Shown piece by piece: positions 12,031-25,480 of a stretch of DNA of 64,000 nucleotides. The number at the start of each line of letters is the position of its first letter. The stretch's first letter is position 1. The stretch spans positions 2,542,001 through 2,606,000 of the forward strand of contig JAYWIR010000001.1 in assembly GCA_036172245.1 (NCBI GenBank), read 5' to 3'. The notes under the pieces were generated by a model. That model ran no database searches, was not told the origin of the DNA, and saw only the letters and a program-made list of their open reading frames with translations. A program made the position numbers and the translations under genes. Source of the DNA: Raillietiella orientalis (lineage: Eukaryota).

Positions 12031-12479
12031 CGTTTCATGTCCTGTGCTCTCTCGATCGCAAAAGATGGATGCAGAGAGCGCCTTCTCTTTCCAGAGCTGC
12101 TGCGCTGAAAGAGAAGGTAACGGACTCGAGGTGTTTCAGAAGGCGTAGTTTCGTCTTCGCCAAAACCACTCTGTCAGTCAGCACACTAAGGCATGACCGA
12201 GATTGCCAAACAGAGCAGCTCGCAGAAGTTTGTGGGTTTGGGGGCGACGGAGCTTCCAGCCGACCGGTAGTGACAAGGTCATCCTTCGACGGCGGGGGAA
12301 CAAGGATCGCCGTTGAAATCTCACCATCGATGAACATGGCGAAGAAAATTCATCTCCGAGTCGTGCACGCTCCAACGCATGCAGAAATGGCGTTTTCTCA
12401 GAGTCAGCTTCTTCGACCAGGAGAAGGCCATGCCCTGAGCCAGTCAGCATTGCGTTTCCAGCCACCTTTTTTTCTTTTC

Positions 12480-13100
12480 TTTTCTTTTCTTTTAGAATGG
12501 AGATCAGTTTGATGGTCAGTTCAGGCATTGCGCGATGGGCATGATCCCGGGAGGAGCATCACGCGCGTACCCACTGCACGATCAACAGTGGCCTGATCAG
12601 CAAATGTCGTGACTATGAGCTCGCGGGCAATCTCAGAAGAACAGGGGCAGAGCACTAAGGATACTTTCATCCAGCCAGAGGAACCTGGCTTGGTGCCGCA
12701 GAGCAAAGAGTAAGCACTTGTGCCCCGGGCGGTCGCCTGCCCGTTCAAAAGGGGCAGCACCCAACAGCAGTCGAAGGATTGAGGCGTAAGAGAGTCCGGG
12801 TGAAGCTTGGAGTTGCCCTTCGCCTCCGAAGAAGTGCCCAGAGATCGGTACGTGCGATCTTGATGAAGCCTCATGGGAGCGTCGGCAGGCCGTTTCCGTT
12901 CGACGGAGTTGAGCATGGATGGTGTGGCTGCTTTCCCATGGTACAAACGGATGACGTCGAACCTGTTCATTTCTCTCCGCGTCACCTGTAATCTTCAACA
13001 GGTTATTCAAGCAGCTGTATCTAAGTGATTGACACTGAATAAGATGGAATGCGTGTCGTCATTGGACAGAGTGCTTTGGCACAGCTGACGGACTGCTCAG
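12480..13100 (-). mobile_element. Heavily decayed LINE reverse-transcriptase C-terminal fragment
   Basis: Remnants in the expected order but different frames: LSNDDT (approx. YADDT), CLNNLLK, TYRSLGTSSEAKGNSKLH (approx. KYLGxxxDxxLxFxxH), LLCGTKPG. Confidence 0.35.
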
Positions 13101-13346
13101 GAATAGATAGTTCTTATCTCAATGCCTATGATAAGCTAGTCCAGACGGGACTGCAGTTTTGCATGGAAGAATCTACCAACAGTATAGCATGCGAGTAATC
13201 GCCTGCATAATAGTAGCAGTAATCATTAATTTATTGACGAATCTGCATAAGTGTGTACTGTCAGAAGCTTTCATGAAAACGAGCCAAACTTCTAACAAAG
13301 CAGAATTCTCGTTGGACCTTGATCTGTAACCTAATTCTCAATTTTT

Positions 13347-13924
13347 ATGAATGTGTTCAGAATAAACACACCCGTAGAGATGGATACACTTCATGAGTTG
13401 GCCATCACGACCAAAGAGGATCTTGAACAGGAAGTGGAAGCCTTAAAGAGAATGCCAGCAGACAACTGGTGCTTGCCTCAACCATAAGAGGAGAGAATTT
13501 TTCACCATCATGGAAGCTAACAGCAGAATCGGCCTGTGATGAAGTGGCTCAGCATCTATTGGTTGCCCAAAAGTTGTCTGGTCGACTAGTTAAAATTGTT
13601 GCAGGTATGCAAAACGATGAGCGCCGTGAGCGAAGAGCGGATTTCCGGTGCAAGAAGCGAGCGAAACGCTGGAGAAATGCACGAAGAATGCAGCTTCGCA
13701 CAAGAATCGAAAACCTTGAAGGATGTTGTTCTCGTCTGGCCAACGGGACCTGCGCACACAGCTGTTGCAGTACTTGTTTAGAGCAATGGAACCATCAACC
13801 GTGCCCTGTTTGCCGAGAAGGAGATTGGGAGGATGTCCAGGAAGTTACTGAAGTACCGGAATCCAACGATATTATCCAAGAAGAGGGGGAAAAAATTAAA
13901 GAGAACAGCAGCAGGAGACAGTGA
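13347..13924 (+). pseudogene. Intronless, frameshifted RING-HC (C3HC4) finger ORF remnant
   Basis: C-terminal CAHSCCSTCLEQWNHQPCPVCR supplies RING ligands 3-8. Adding one base near 13697 gives ECSF(C)TR for ligands 1-2. An upstream ATG at 13347 (MNVFRINTPVEMDTLHEL...) is in another frame. Confidence 0.55.
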
Positions 13925-16148
13925 ACAGCAGCTAGGAACATCCTCTGTGTGAGCGGCTGGAGCGACCGTGGGAGAAGGCGAAAGAAGCCCCTCCTCCTCA
14001 CACCCCGGGCTTTCCCTCCTGTCCACTTTTCAAGCCGCATAAGAGACGGCCGGGTGACGGGAATGGTGGTCAACTCCCTCGAGCTTTGCCGATGAGAAGC
14101 TGTTGCTGGTGTAGGATCCGTTGGGAGATGACCTGTTCGATGACGAAGTGGTCAGTCCCTTGTCACCCGGGTGCGCCGGCGAGACGCCGGATCCTGCCAC
14201 GCTCCAGTGCACGAGGACCCGTCAGGACGCCTGAGGAACCTGCTGGGATGCAGAAAACCGCAGCATCAACAAGGGGGAGGGGAAGGGAAACGAAAATGGG
14301 GAGGTGAATGAAGAAAGAAAGAAACGGTTATGTGCTGATCGCTGTCCGAAGTGGTCAGTCGCAGCGGCGTTCGAGAGCAGCGGCTTCCTCCAGGGGGTCG
14401 AAGCAGGAAGCACGCATGTGCACGGAGTGCGCGCGCAACAGTAGCCTCGGTTCGACCTGATCCAGAATGCACGTTTGCTGAGCACCCGGGTCCAGGAAAA
14501 AGCGAGCTGCGTGCCGGTGGACAAAAAGAGAAACCCGTCCGGGAACAGCGAGGCACGGGAGAGAAAGGGGAGGAGGGGAGAGGTAAGGGAGGGCTCATTC
14601 CCTCTTTCTTCGGGTCAGCGTGATGCCGGCCAAGCTTCCTCCTTCCCACCGATCGACGGTCTTGGGGATCGTCTTCCCGTAACTTCCCCCCCCCCCCCCT
14701 TCCTCCGGGATGGGTGCGCGCTTCCGTTTTGGCGCAGCAGGAACTGCTGCAGGAGCCGTTGGGATAGAAAGTGGGCTTGCCTGGGTCGGTGCGCTTGCCC
14801 TTCGTCCGAAAGAAGCACGTCCACTCTGGGAAGTGACCTCTGTGAGACGACAGCTGGTGGAATTTTTCTTGCACGTTCCGTGCGCGCGCATTTTCTTTCG
14901 CTCCCCCTCACTTTCCAGCGAGTCGTGCCGTTTCGACACGGATTGCGGAATTTCTGAGTTCAGTATACAGCGGATAATGACAATAACATCAAAAAAGAGT
15001 TGGCCCCCTCTCCAGCTGCCACGATCCACTCTTATACGAAATGCCAGGACCTCTGCTTCTCGCCTGTCCTGTTACTCCTCCCTGGCGAATCGGAGCTCCA
15101 TTCCACTCTTTTTCTAAGGACCAAAGACCTAGCGGTGGACAGCAGGGCGAGCTGCAGGCACGGTGGTGACGGCGGCGGGACGCGCACGTGCGCGCGTTTT
15201 AGGGGTTTTCAGAAGTTGTCGGCACTTGGCTCGGCTGCGGACGTCACTCTTGGAAAGTTGTCCGCATCGTACAGAAACCGTTTGTGTTCCCTTCATGACG
15301 GGAACGCGACCCTGCGCGAGCCGACACGCGGGCTGCACGGGGGAAGGAAGCAGTCGAGCGGGTGCCGGGGCACAGAGAAGGCGCCATTCCCGGTAAGGTT
15401 CGGCTCTTGTCGGAAGGCTGAGCTTCCTCCGACAAGGGTGCCGCGTCCACCTCTCCTGGTGGACACGTGGGGGGCCACGTGACGCAGCGAGGCCTAGTAC
15501 GAACGCGCGCACGCGCTCGCAGGCTCCGCGCGGCAGCGGAAACGACGCAGACGGTCTTCTCCTTCTCCTCCTCTTCCACCCCCTCCTCCTCCTCCTCCTC
15601 GTCGTTGTCGCTGTCGACGATGCCTGATCTTCCTCGTGACGGCAGCTGCGGGATCTCTGTTGCGACCCTTCCGGGAGGATGCTGCGGTCAGTCGGTCGTT
15701 CCCTCCGGGGAACGCGGAAGAGGACAGCAGGTTTCTCTCTCAGTCTCAGGCTCGGACCACAGAGCTTCGTGTCGACGCTGCTGCTTTCCTGACTCTGCTT
15801 CTCTGGAGGCTGGAAAGGAGCCGGCAAGCGGCCAGCGACGTCACTGAAGACGAAGCCGCGGTCGGCGCGACTGACACGACTGAGCTACCTCTACGAGGGC
15901 ATCCCGGGAAGGCGAGAGGCAGAGTTCCTCTGGGATGAAAAAAATGACCGCCAGTCGATGTGGGATCGCGGGCGACCACAAGCTGGGTGGCTGCGCATCC
16001 TCCCCCGCCGGCTCATCTCTCGTGGCTCATTGCCCCCTCCCGCCTGCATTTGGGTTCCTCCGCAGCTGCCGATCTCCTTTTTATTGAGCTTGGACTTGGC
16101 CCTTCGCCCGCTCCGGCGGACGCGCCAGCGCGAGATCCGCTCTCTGAC

Positions 16149-19100
16149 CGGCATCAGTCCAGCTCGCCATCCTCTTCAGTCTCTTCCCCATGCGCTGGCG
16201 CAGCACCACGGTACGGACTGCCTGCACGAAGCGCTCCAGGGCTCGGAAGCGGACGAACCAAAGCTCGCACTCCATCTCGGAGAACGCGCCCGTGAGGTTT
16301 GGAGCCTGCAAAGAGCTGAGAAGATCAAGCGGGCAAGGCGAGCGCGCGGACTCAAGAAGGAGGAAAGGAGAGCCGCTTCCTGGGCAGGATTCCTTCCTCC
16401 CATTTCCTCCCCGAACGAGGAGGAGCGATGGAGTAAGGGAGGGGAGCTGAGAGAGGGCGGGAGGAGACTGGGAGAAAGGAAGGAACTGCTCTGTCGGGCA
16501 AGGGACGGGCTTTCGGGGCCTTGCCGCAGGCAGTGCAAGACAAGAAGCGCGTCTTCCCCCGCAAAGGGGGGATGCAGGCAGACCCCTCGTCAAGGATGGA
16601 CGGTGCTTTTTGGAGCAAAAGAGTAAACGAGGAGCAGATCTGCCGGGAAGGACTCTTCCGCTGCAGGGAGAATCGAGAGCGATGGACAAGGCGCGCGATA
16701 GCCGACGCACGCACCGACTGAGGTGGGGTGAGGGGTAGAGGGTGAGAACTCCCGGAGTGCCAGAGAGGTTTCTAGTTGGGCTGCTTCCTCAGAGGGACCA
16801 GAACTTTCTTTCTTTCCTCTCTTCTCCTCCTCCTCTTCCGTCGTCGTGCCTCATCCTCCTGGGACGTTTAGCTAATGCCGCTCCAAGGGACTACCCATCA
16901 TCGATCGGGTCCTCCACAGCTCATGACTGTGGGCCTCCAGTGAGACGTGATGGTGGATGCTGGAGAGATCAGTGCCCACTTCCTGGCACCCGAAGGATGC
17001 GCCTCCTGACGACGGGGGGGAAGGGGAGGCGACCCACATCGTGAGGGCAGCGGAACGACCGCCGCCGTCGGAAGTGAAGGAGAAAAAGAGGCGTCTCTGA
17101 AGGGGGAGGGGCAGCAGCGTGCGGACGAATCCCCGAGACCCTTAGCACGACGGAGGGCGGGAGGAACGGAGACGACCCAGCACGCACCGTGGGTTTCGGA
17201 GCGATGGAACGCTCATGCGGCGCGAACTGGAGTCCGCGGTCGCTGCCTGGAAAAAAGATCAGCTGCTGCCTTTGCAATGGTGTGGCGTGAAGAGGTCCTG
17301 GAGTCCTACGAAGAGGGCGGGGTGGCGGACGTCAGCACAAGAGAGAGAAACAGCCGTGCGGAACGGTGAGACTGCTGCGAGGACGGGCGTCGGAGAGGGC
17401 ACGATGCAGGAACTCCAGAAGATCCTGTTTCTGGGGTCCTCACGGGTGACCCTGGATGCATGGACGGCCTCCGGGAAAGAGGATTTTTTTTTGCACTCGT
17501 TGCCTGCTATCTCGAGTGCAGAGAAGAGAGAGAGAGGTGGGGGAAAGAAGAAGAAGCTGCAGCCGGAAGCTGGAAAGGCTTCCCAAAGAAAGAAGTGCCG
17601 ACAGTGCTGCTCTCCCGGATCTGCGATCTTCGCCTGTGGTGACCTCCGCTGCGGTGCGCGTCCTGTGCTTTCGCGTACAGGTTCTTTCCTCGCTCCTGCC
17701 TCCTCGCCGCGCGGGCGCGCGGACCGGGAACCGACGACGTGATCCACAGGACGTACGTACCTCCTTGGCATCTCTCAGGGTTCTCCGGTTCGCAGCCGTC
17801 CCTTCCGCGACGTCCCTCTTCCTCCTCTCCAGCTGAAACAGATGCTGGTTGCAGGGAAGGGAAGGAACCCGACCCGTGGCTCCCGCCCGCCGCGGCGGAA
17901 ACTCCTCCGGGCCTCCGCGCCCTGACCCCGCGAGCTCGGCGGACAATGCCCCAGGGAGCGAAGCTTCTCCGGCGAGTGCAGCCCGTTGAGGACGGCGCTC
18001 CCTGGAGGTCGTTCCCCGGGAAACCAGAGGGGCCTCCAAGGGCCAGACGAGGGGCACGTGGTCTCGTGCGAAGGACCGCGCAAGCTTGCGGGGCAGCTGA
18101 CGTGCATGACCCCTCGTCACTTTGTGGATTCCCTAGTGACCCGAGGACTGCTGGTGGGATCACACCGACCCGGTTCCGATGGGTTTTGCAAACAACACCC
18201 AGAGTCTGAGGGCCTAGCGGAGGTGACGTCAGGGAACCTCCTCCTGCCCGACAATCGAATGTGCGCGCTATGGAGTCGCAGTGGACTGCGTGGACCGAGA
18301 CGCCGGTGAGATGGCGAGCGGCAGCGGCGGCTACGCCCTCTAGGGATGGGCAGGGAGGCAGCGCTCTGAGGGAAGAGCAGGCCTTCAAGGTGGAAGGCGG
18401 CGCCTCGGTAGCGCGCACTTCTTCGAGGAACCGTCGAACCCGGTCCACCTCTTTGCGCGCAGAAGCCGATCAAGTAGATGAGCGAGAAGATCGAGAAGAT
18501 CTGCCACCCTGCTAGGCGGAGCGAACCGGGAACAGTGCGTGAGCGCACGAGCAGGAACCGCGCCGTGACCCAGAGCCCGTGAGAACTTCTGGAGGGTGAG
18601 AGGAGGATGGGTGGAAGAGGATGGGTCGCAGGAGCGAACAGTCGGCAGGAAAGATGGAAAATGTCCTCTCCGGAGAATGGCTCAAAGAGAGAGAGGTTCG
18701 CCCTACTGTTACAAGAGCTTTGAAGGAGGCGATTTCTTTCCTGGAATCAGTTTTGAGGGAAGTCGGAGCCGGTGCAGATGCAAGAGCACGAAGATACTGA
18801 CGCTTTCTCTTTACTCAAGTGTCGTCCAATTTGTTCAAAAGGAGAGAGCGCGAAGAACTTGGGCAGAACCATCGCGAAGAGTTCGAGTTGCAGCAGAGAT
18901 AGGAGGGTCATGACGATCGGCATGTACTTGGAGGTTGCTGCTGCTGATCTGGGGCATCTTTGCTGTAGAGTCACTCAAAGTCGAGCCTCAGAGCGGAAAG
19001 GCAAAGACGAGGAGAGAGGCAGCGTTCGCAACGCCGCCGAGGAGTGCTGAGACTGAAGCAAGGGATGCTGAAAGAAGGCTACTCAAAGAGCACTGAATTC

Positions 19101-20003
19101 TCATGCCCTCGAGGTCGCATGTCCAGGCAAAGGCAGAAACCGGAAGATCCGGGAACGGACATCCCTTTCGGACTCCCTCGCAGACATGCGTTTAGCAGCA
19201 TCTTTTTGCTCTCGAGGTCCAGAAAATTCGGGAAGGCCGGCAAGAAACCAATGAGGGGAGTTGGAAACCATGCTGGAAGCGGAAGAGATGCGCGTTCCGG
19301 ATGGGATTTCCGATCGCCTTCGATTGCTCTAACGTACCGGATCCGAGTTCGAACAAATTCCAAAGGATCACGTAAGAAGGAAAGGATGCTCGCTGTTGCA
19401 CCAGAAGGGAAGCCGCGAGCGAGGAGCTGACCGGAAACCTACAGAAGTCAAGCTGCTCACCTTTTCCTGTTGGACTGCCCTCTCTAATTCAACAGCGCGC
19501 TTCCTGGATCGGAGATCCTCTTCGGAATGCGTCTCTCCTCTACAAATCTGTTTCCTAGCGACGAGGTCCCGGACTTCTTTCATTTTGCCAAGTTTATCCA
19601 GGAATTGTTTCGTTAGCTGGCTTCTTTCCAGGGAGATTTCCAGACGCGACCTCCCGTAAATGTCTGGAACGTTTGAGATGTCAGCAAGGAATCAAAAGGT
19701 GTATAAAGGGTCCCTAAATGCTTCTTTGTCTTTTCCCTTCCCTTCTTCAAATGGAAAGGAAGACCCACCGAGGATTTCATCATCGAGTTTCGGAGCTTCC
19801 GTCTTCTGCATCAACAGCCTGGAGACGTCTTGAGGACACTTGATGTCTTTGACTACCAGCATTCTGTCTCTTGGCCGAATGGAAGAGTCCCTCTCTGGAC
19901 CGACACCTTTCCTCACCAACTCGCGGCCGGTGCAGCAGCTCATGCAGGGCACCAGCCAGTGCTTCACTCCCAAGCTTGGGTCCTGACCGTTCTCGGGCTG
20001 TGC
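16149..20003 (-). CDS. CFAP221: Divergent CFAP221 (PCDP1)-like cilia/flagella protein; core exons 19769-20003, 19461-19663, 17761-17832, 16149-16305; 5' and 3' exons unresolved
   Basis: Phase-consistent GT-AG exons give ...KDIKCPQDVSRLLMQ...RSQLTKQFLDKLGKMKEVRDLVARKQICRGE...QQEK|LERRKRDVAEGTAANRRTLRDAKE|APNLTGAFSEMECELWFVRFRALERFVQAVRTVVLRQRMGKRLKRM. This matches the recalled CFAP221 block RRTxR...P.F...LW..R.RAL.RF.QA.R.V..R.R...RL. Not verified by search. Confidence 0.55.
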
Positions 20004-20879
20004 CTGAGACAAAGAGAGAGAGAGGTTCTCATCAGTTTTCGCGTCCGCGAGGAGTCTATGAGACGCGCGCTCGCTTTGCTGAGGCGCGGGACGGAGGGAA
20101 AGCAGCGACCAACTTATGGTGTCTCCACCGGTCGGCGGAGGAAGAATTTACATTCGCTCTCCGGAAGCATGGGATCTTTTTTGCTGCATTCCTCCCAGGC
20201 TCTCTGCATCATGTCTAGAGGGGGAAAGGGGGGGGCAACAATGCCACAGAGGTTCACTCCCTCCCTTCCCCCCACTGCTGCTGCGAGTTTGACTTGGATG
20301 CTCTCTCCTTCCTTTCACATCGCGAGGTTTCCAAGAGGCCCTCGCGGCTTAGCAGCACTGAGTGCTTTCTGTTTCCTCTCACCAGTTCTCAGTAATGCGG
20401 GAGACAGAAAGATCAAGGGATGCGCACCAGAATGTGACGAGACCTTAAGAAAGTCAGGCCCTTGATGGACAATTTACACGAGGAAGGAAAGGAGCAAAAG
20501 GGATCTGTTTAGGGAGCGAGTGAAGCAGCTTCGGGGTGGGGTGTTCCCCAGCTTTCCGTTCGCCCGGTCTTCCCCATCCCCTCGCCCTTCGCCGGTTCGC
20601 TCGCTTCATTCTCCACCTGGTTGTTGCAGTTGTCAGGGAATTCGAAACGCCGATCGAACCGACCGAGACTATTGGCGGAGAGGGAGCTGCAGATGCAGGC
20701 AGGGGACTCGCTGGTCCTTTTCTTTCACTTCCTCCTGGCTCATTGAAAGATCTGCGGATTTCCTTTTTTTTTTTTATTTCCTCATTCGCCCAACTGATGC
20801 GGCGCTTTCTGCAGCTGGCGTCCCGTTTCTTCGTGTCGGATGCCACAGGAGGGGAAGGAGAGGGGCCTTCCCCATGGAT

Positions 20880-22800
20880 GGTACTCGGACTCCACATCGA
20901 TGGCTCCCTTCATGCTATTCTGCCATGTTGCGCCACCAAGTCCTGTTCATAGGCTGAGGAACGACACGCGCTTCTGTTGTATGAAAGAGCAACATCCGTA
21001 TCCCCCGAAATCGGAGTGAACCGATGGAAACCTCCCGTTTTGAACCAATGGGGTAGGTCGATTTGATGGGCTTGCTGGGGACCGTTGAGGAAGGGACGCA
21101 GACGATTCGGACAGAATCCACCGATTTTCCCCATTTGGAGTTTCGAATTTGTTTTCATGGAATGATGATGGAAGAATGTTGTTGGACTGAGGAATGGCTT
21201 CGAGATAAACAATAGTGACTGTCCGATAACAACAACAACAACACGGAACATCATCTTCATGTGCTTTGCCCGCCCACGGATGCAAGCAGTGCTTTTCTCT
21301 CTTTTATCATGCCGGAGACACTGCCGTCAACTGGTACGCGAAAACAGCATGGAAAGGTAGGGAGGGGAAGTAGCGACAGTGCCCTCGGGACATGGAGAAC
21401 ATCGATGATTTGCGCGCATCATGCAGGATTGTGAAAGCAGAGAGCTCCGTGAAGATCCTGACTTGGTTGGTTGCGGTAGAATCTGAACTGTCTCTGAGGT
21501 AGCTTGAATCTGCTATTGTTCAGGACCAAGATCCAGGAATCATTAGCCGGGACGGTTGCTTTCCTTTCTAGAGAGACAACTCTCTCTCTACAAAAGCTAC
21601 TCTGGAGCCACCATCGTCAACGAAACGCATGCAATCATTGCCATTTCGCAGCCTAGACAGTCTTCCAGCAACTCGGAAGACTTACCAGAAAACGAGCCAT
21701 CATCAATAAACGGCCATACTTTATCAACGGCCTGCCGAAAATCCATCCCTAATCGCAACCGTCGTTGCTCTGACTCCACCAGCCGTCGATGATCCCATCA
21801 CCCCATATTTATGCTTGCTAAACAGATGCGGCGTACCAGTTCCACTTAATTTTAGCATCATGCCCGGTACCATTGCATCGTCTGGGACGGCTGCGCTTAC
21901 CGATGCCTGCAGTAGAAGAGAAAGCTTTTCAGAAGCACTCGGAATCGCTAGTGAGCATGTTTTGGCAGCCGGAGTAGGCAGATTTTCTCTTCCTAGTGGT
22001 CATCTCGCAATGGTGCTAAATCGGAGCGTGCAAATTGGCAAGTCTTGATGGTTCAGACAAGTAAAGCAGTTCGCCTAGCAAGTTCTTCCAGGCCTTTGAA
22101 GGATTCAAGACTCCTTGGAAACCACCACCATCACTTAAAAGTAGATGCCGAAAATCCCCTTTACATTTTTCGCGTTCTTGTGAGGAGTTTACCACTCAAC
22201 TGTGTGCCTTCAGTGTTGCCTTTGAATCAGCCTTATGTTTAATAGGTCGCCTTCTTGCCTTAAAAATGATAGCAGCTCATATCTTTGGCTGCTGTTCTTT
22301 ATTCAGTTGCATTCGATACTTCCATCACAGTGAATCCCGTGCAATTCTTAGCGATAAGTTTGCACATGACTGGTAATCCTCTAGTGGCAGTCGCCCTGTG
22401 GAATCACACAGTCACCCTATTTTGGGACCAGCCCATCAAAGCGTCTGCTCTTTGTTGGTTCTTTTGATGTTCTGTTGATGGATCGCTTTACTCTGAGGCA
22501 TATATGATGTTTGGGTTTATGTAACCTCAGTAGTAACCTTTGTATTAGATTTCCCAGTCACTGTACTGCCATGGTTATCCGCTACCGTGAAATTAATACA
22601 AAAGCATCCAGAAGCATGAACTGTTGACATCTTTGCCTTCGCGTTTTGGTGATTTGATTCGCCAAAATGCAACCACACATCGAATGTTCATGTTGTTATG
22701 TTCTGTATTATTAGCATTGCATCGCTCAATCCTAATGCTTAAAGAACAAGAGAATGAGATGTCGAATCGCAGCTCTTGAGCGGTTTTTATAGATTGTACT
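20880..22800 (-). mobile_element. Heavily decayed Ty3/Gypsy gag-pol relic
   Basis: Ordered remnants: gag knuckle AKDMSCYH..GKK (about 22290-22250); protease end RLGMDF and linker LLEDCLGC (21597-21779); RT-like HEDDV (about 21255); RNase H-like HSDFGGYG (about 21000). No LTRs identified. Confidence 0.45.
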
Positions 22801-24989
22801 TCAGAAGGAGGGAGCAAATGCTTTTCATGCGTTTTCCAAGAATGCAGCTTTCACGTAGGTTTCATTTTTACTAAGGTCACCGAAACTACGAATCTTTCCT
22901 TGCACGCTTATTTGAGAGAGGAGGAATAACGAGTCGAACAGGGAAAGCATGATGAAGGCGCGCAGCCAACCACGGAGTGGAAAAACTTCGCGCGCTTCAA
23001 GAATTTTCATCTCGAATGACTGGAGGCAAGTATGGAGAGCAGTAAGAGCAAAATCCGGGTATTCCCTGATTCCTTCGTGCTCCCCTGCAACTTTGTAGCT
23101 ATTGGATTCGTCTAACCGTACCGGGATGTCTTATCGGAACATGCCAGTATCCAGGAGAAAACAAATTATCAGCCACCACCACCAGAAAAGTCATGCTGCG
23201 TTCCAACGGGCGCAGGTCCAGTCTCAAGAGAATGGGTAATTTCTTTCTTCTCTCGGAAAAATTGCTGAGGACAGTTGAATTTATTGAATAAACATTTAAT
23301 TGTATCCATTTCTGCTGCACTGTGCTGTTAAATTATCTGCATTTATTTTGTATCTTTTTCAACGTGGAACATCGACTTTTTCTTCTTTCCGAAAGCTTTA
23401 CATTTGGGCAAGATGCGAGAATTCTGACTGTCTGCAATAGAATAGATGAAGAAAGGTGTAGAAGTTCTGTTCAACGCCCAAAGACTTGGTCCAGAAAAAT
23501 CATCTTTATCTGGCTTCTGCGTGTCCAATTAATGGCATGCTATCAGTTCCCGGACTGTGCTGTGAAAATCCATAGAAGGGATTGGAAACCGATGAAGCAG
23601 CCCATTTCAGCTCAGTTTTGCAAGTTCCGTGAAAAACTGTATGGAGATTTCCATTACTTGATGAGTCACGGATCGTGTACACTAGTTTCTCGATAACTGT
23701 ATTACTTTTGGGGGGTCACTTATACCGTACCACTTTTATTATTTTTTATGATTACGCTTTTGCTCAAGTGCCTAACCTATGAACACGCCACAAGCATACT
23801 GATGTGTTCACTTTTTGCGTGTTAATCTCCAATCAAAACCTAAATTACTTGAAATTATTCGAAACGCATGCATCACATGCCACCATCGACCGAATTTCGA
23901 GGCGTTAGGAAACAAAACTGGCATAGGCAACCCAAGTGGTTAGAGAAAATAATCGGCACGGACTCGCAAGTACCCAGCATCACGGGTTTTCCGATCTGGA
24001 ACCACTCCTCCCAAATTCCAAACGCGCACGCTGAGGTCGAAATTCGAATGTACAGTCTGCGGTTTGGAACGAGGACGAGCTGTACGAAAGGAACCAGACT
24101 TTGTTCCTTCTATATTGGTCGGCTGAGACAGACGAAAATGCCATGACGCAAATGAGCATCCCGAGTTAATCGTGGTGGCCTTCTCACAAGGAGATGCGTC
24201 CCACGGCGGAGCACCATTTCAAAAGACGGACACACAATCAGTCACGAAGCGGAAGCTGGAGAGCTGCGCGCTTTGCAGCGAAATCAGTAAGTCATCAAGA
24301 TCATTCGGATCGCTCTGCTTCCTCACTTTGAAAAACGCCTCATAGAGGAACGAAAACGACACTCGCTTGGCACCACTGGAAAATAATGCGATAAAGTATG
24401 GGCTCTGAAAGACAGGACGCTGGATCTGTTAGTTCCGGGGGGAAAAACTCAGCACGCGAACTGTCGCTGCTTGCTCTCGTGAATGCAACACGGTTCCACT
24501 CCAGTTCCAGGAAGTGTTTCTGCTCCACTGACTCGATCATTCTCTTCATTCATCCAACTGGTTCATGGAAAAACTCCCCCTTCTTTGCGTCGAGAAAGAG
24601 TTTCCAGTGTGGTGCAAAAGAATGCAGCCAGTGTCTGCTTCATGATCTTTTCATTTGCTCAACTGGGCGTAGGTGCTGCGAATGGAATTCCAATAGAGTT
24701 CCCAACTACAGAAAGGAGAGTGGGTTCTCCTGTCCTCTCTTTAAAAATTCAGGAAAAATCAGAGAATCTGGTCAGCTGTGGACGGCATCTTTTACACATG
24801 CACTCATCACTGTCTGCTCACTCAGAGAGGAAATCTTGGCGAAATCCTGTGTGCCGAATCAAGGTAAACAGTCACGGAGAAAATCAGAAGCGTCACTTCA
24901 GTGCTTCAAAATAAAATAAAATAAACGTTTTCATTAGCATCAAGTTCAATACTGAACAAGAATGATTTGAAACCTAAAAGCAGGACTCC

Positions 24990-25480
24990 GTGGCATCATC
25001 ACAATCCTTTATGAGAGACCACTACTCTACCGAAAGGAACTTCCCTTCGAACGAATTGATAACTGGACTGGAGACTAATTTCCACGTGCGCTTCATCATC
25101 AAGAGACGTCTTGAGAGATGGTTCGAGAACGGTTGCAATGAGAGTTTTAATTCCTTGGTTTGCAAATGCGAAAAAGTAATAGAACTTCAAGTGGTGTTTC
25201 CTGTTTTGGGTGCACTCCATCCATCTCGCTTCATTAAGTATGGCCAGAGGTGAATGATGGCATGGGTGATGATGAAATGTCAAACAGCAGTTTGCACTGA
25301 GACCGCCTTGGGTAGTTTACGAATCGCTAATGGAAAGCACTCTGCGTACCATACACAAGCTGAATTTGAACTCCTTGAGGCAGTAATAAAGGCGAAAAGA
25401 CCTAAGAGAACTCAAAACAGGGGCACAGAGGTTTGGGAGAAACTTTACAGGCAAGTTGAACTGCATCCTTTTTCGTCTGA
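24990..25480 (+). mobile_element. Decayed C-terminal fragment of a Mutator-like DNA transposase
   Basis: RRLERWFENGCNESFNSLVCKCEK resembles the LLxRCxxGxTQNxNESxNS motif and is followed by a basic tail ending EKLYRQ; internal stop at 25253. Confidence 0.4.

Noticed and set aside
21020-21230. Peptides WGKSVDSVRIVC and YRTVTIV..ILP resembling the CFAP221 N-terminal domain
   Set aside because: They are in different frames with a stop and no splice acceptor; the region is better explained as decayed Gypsy pol.
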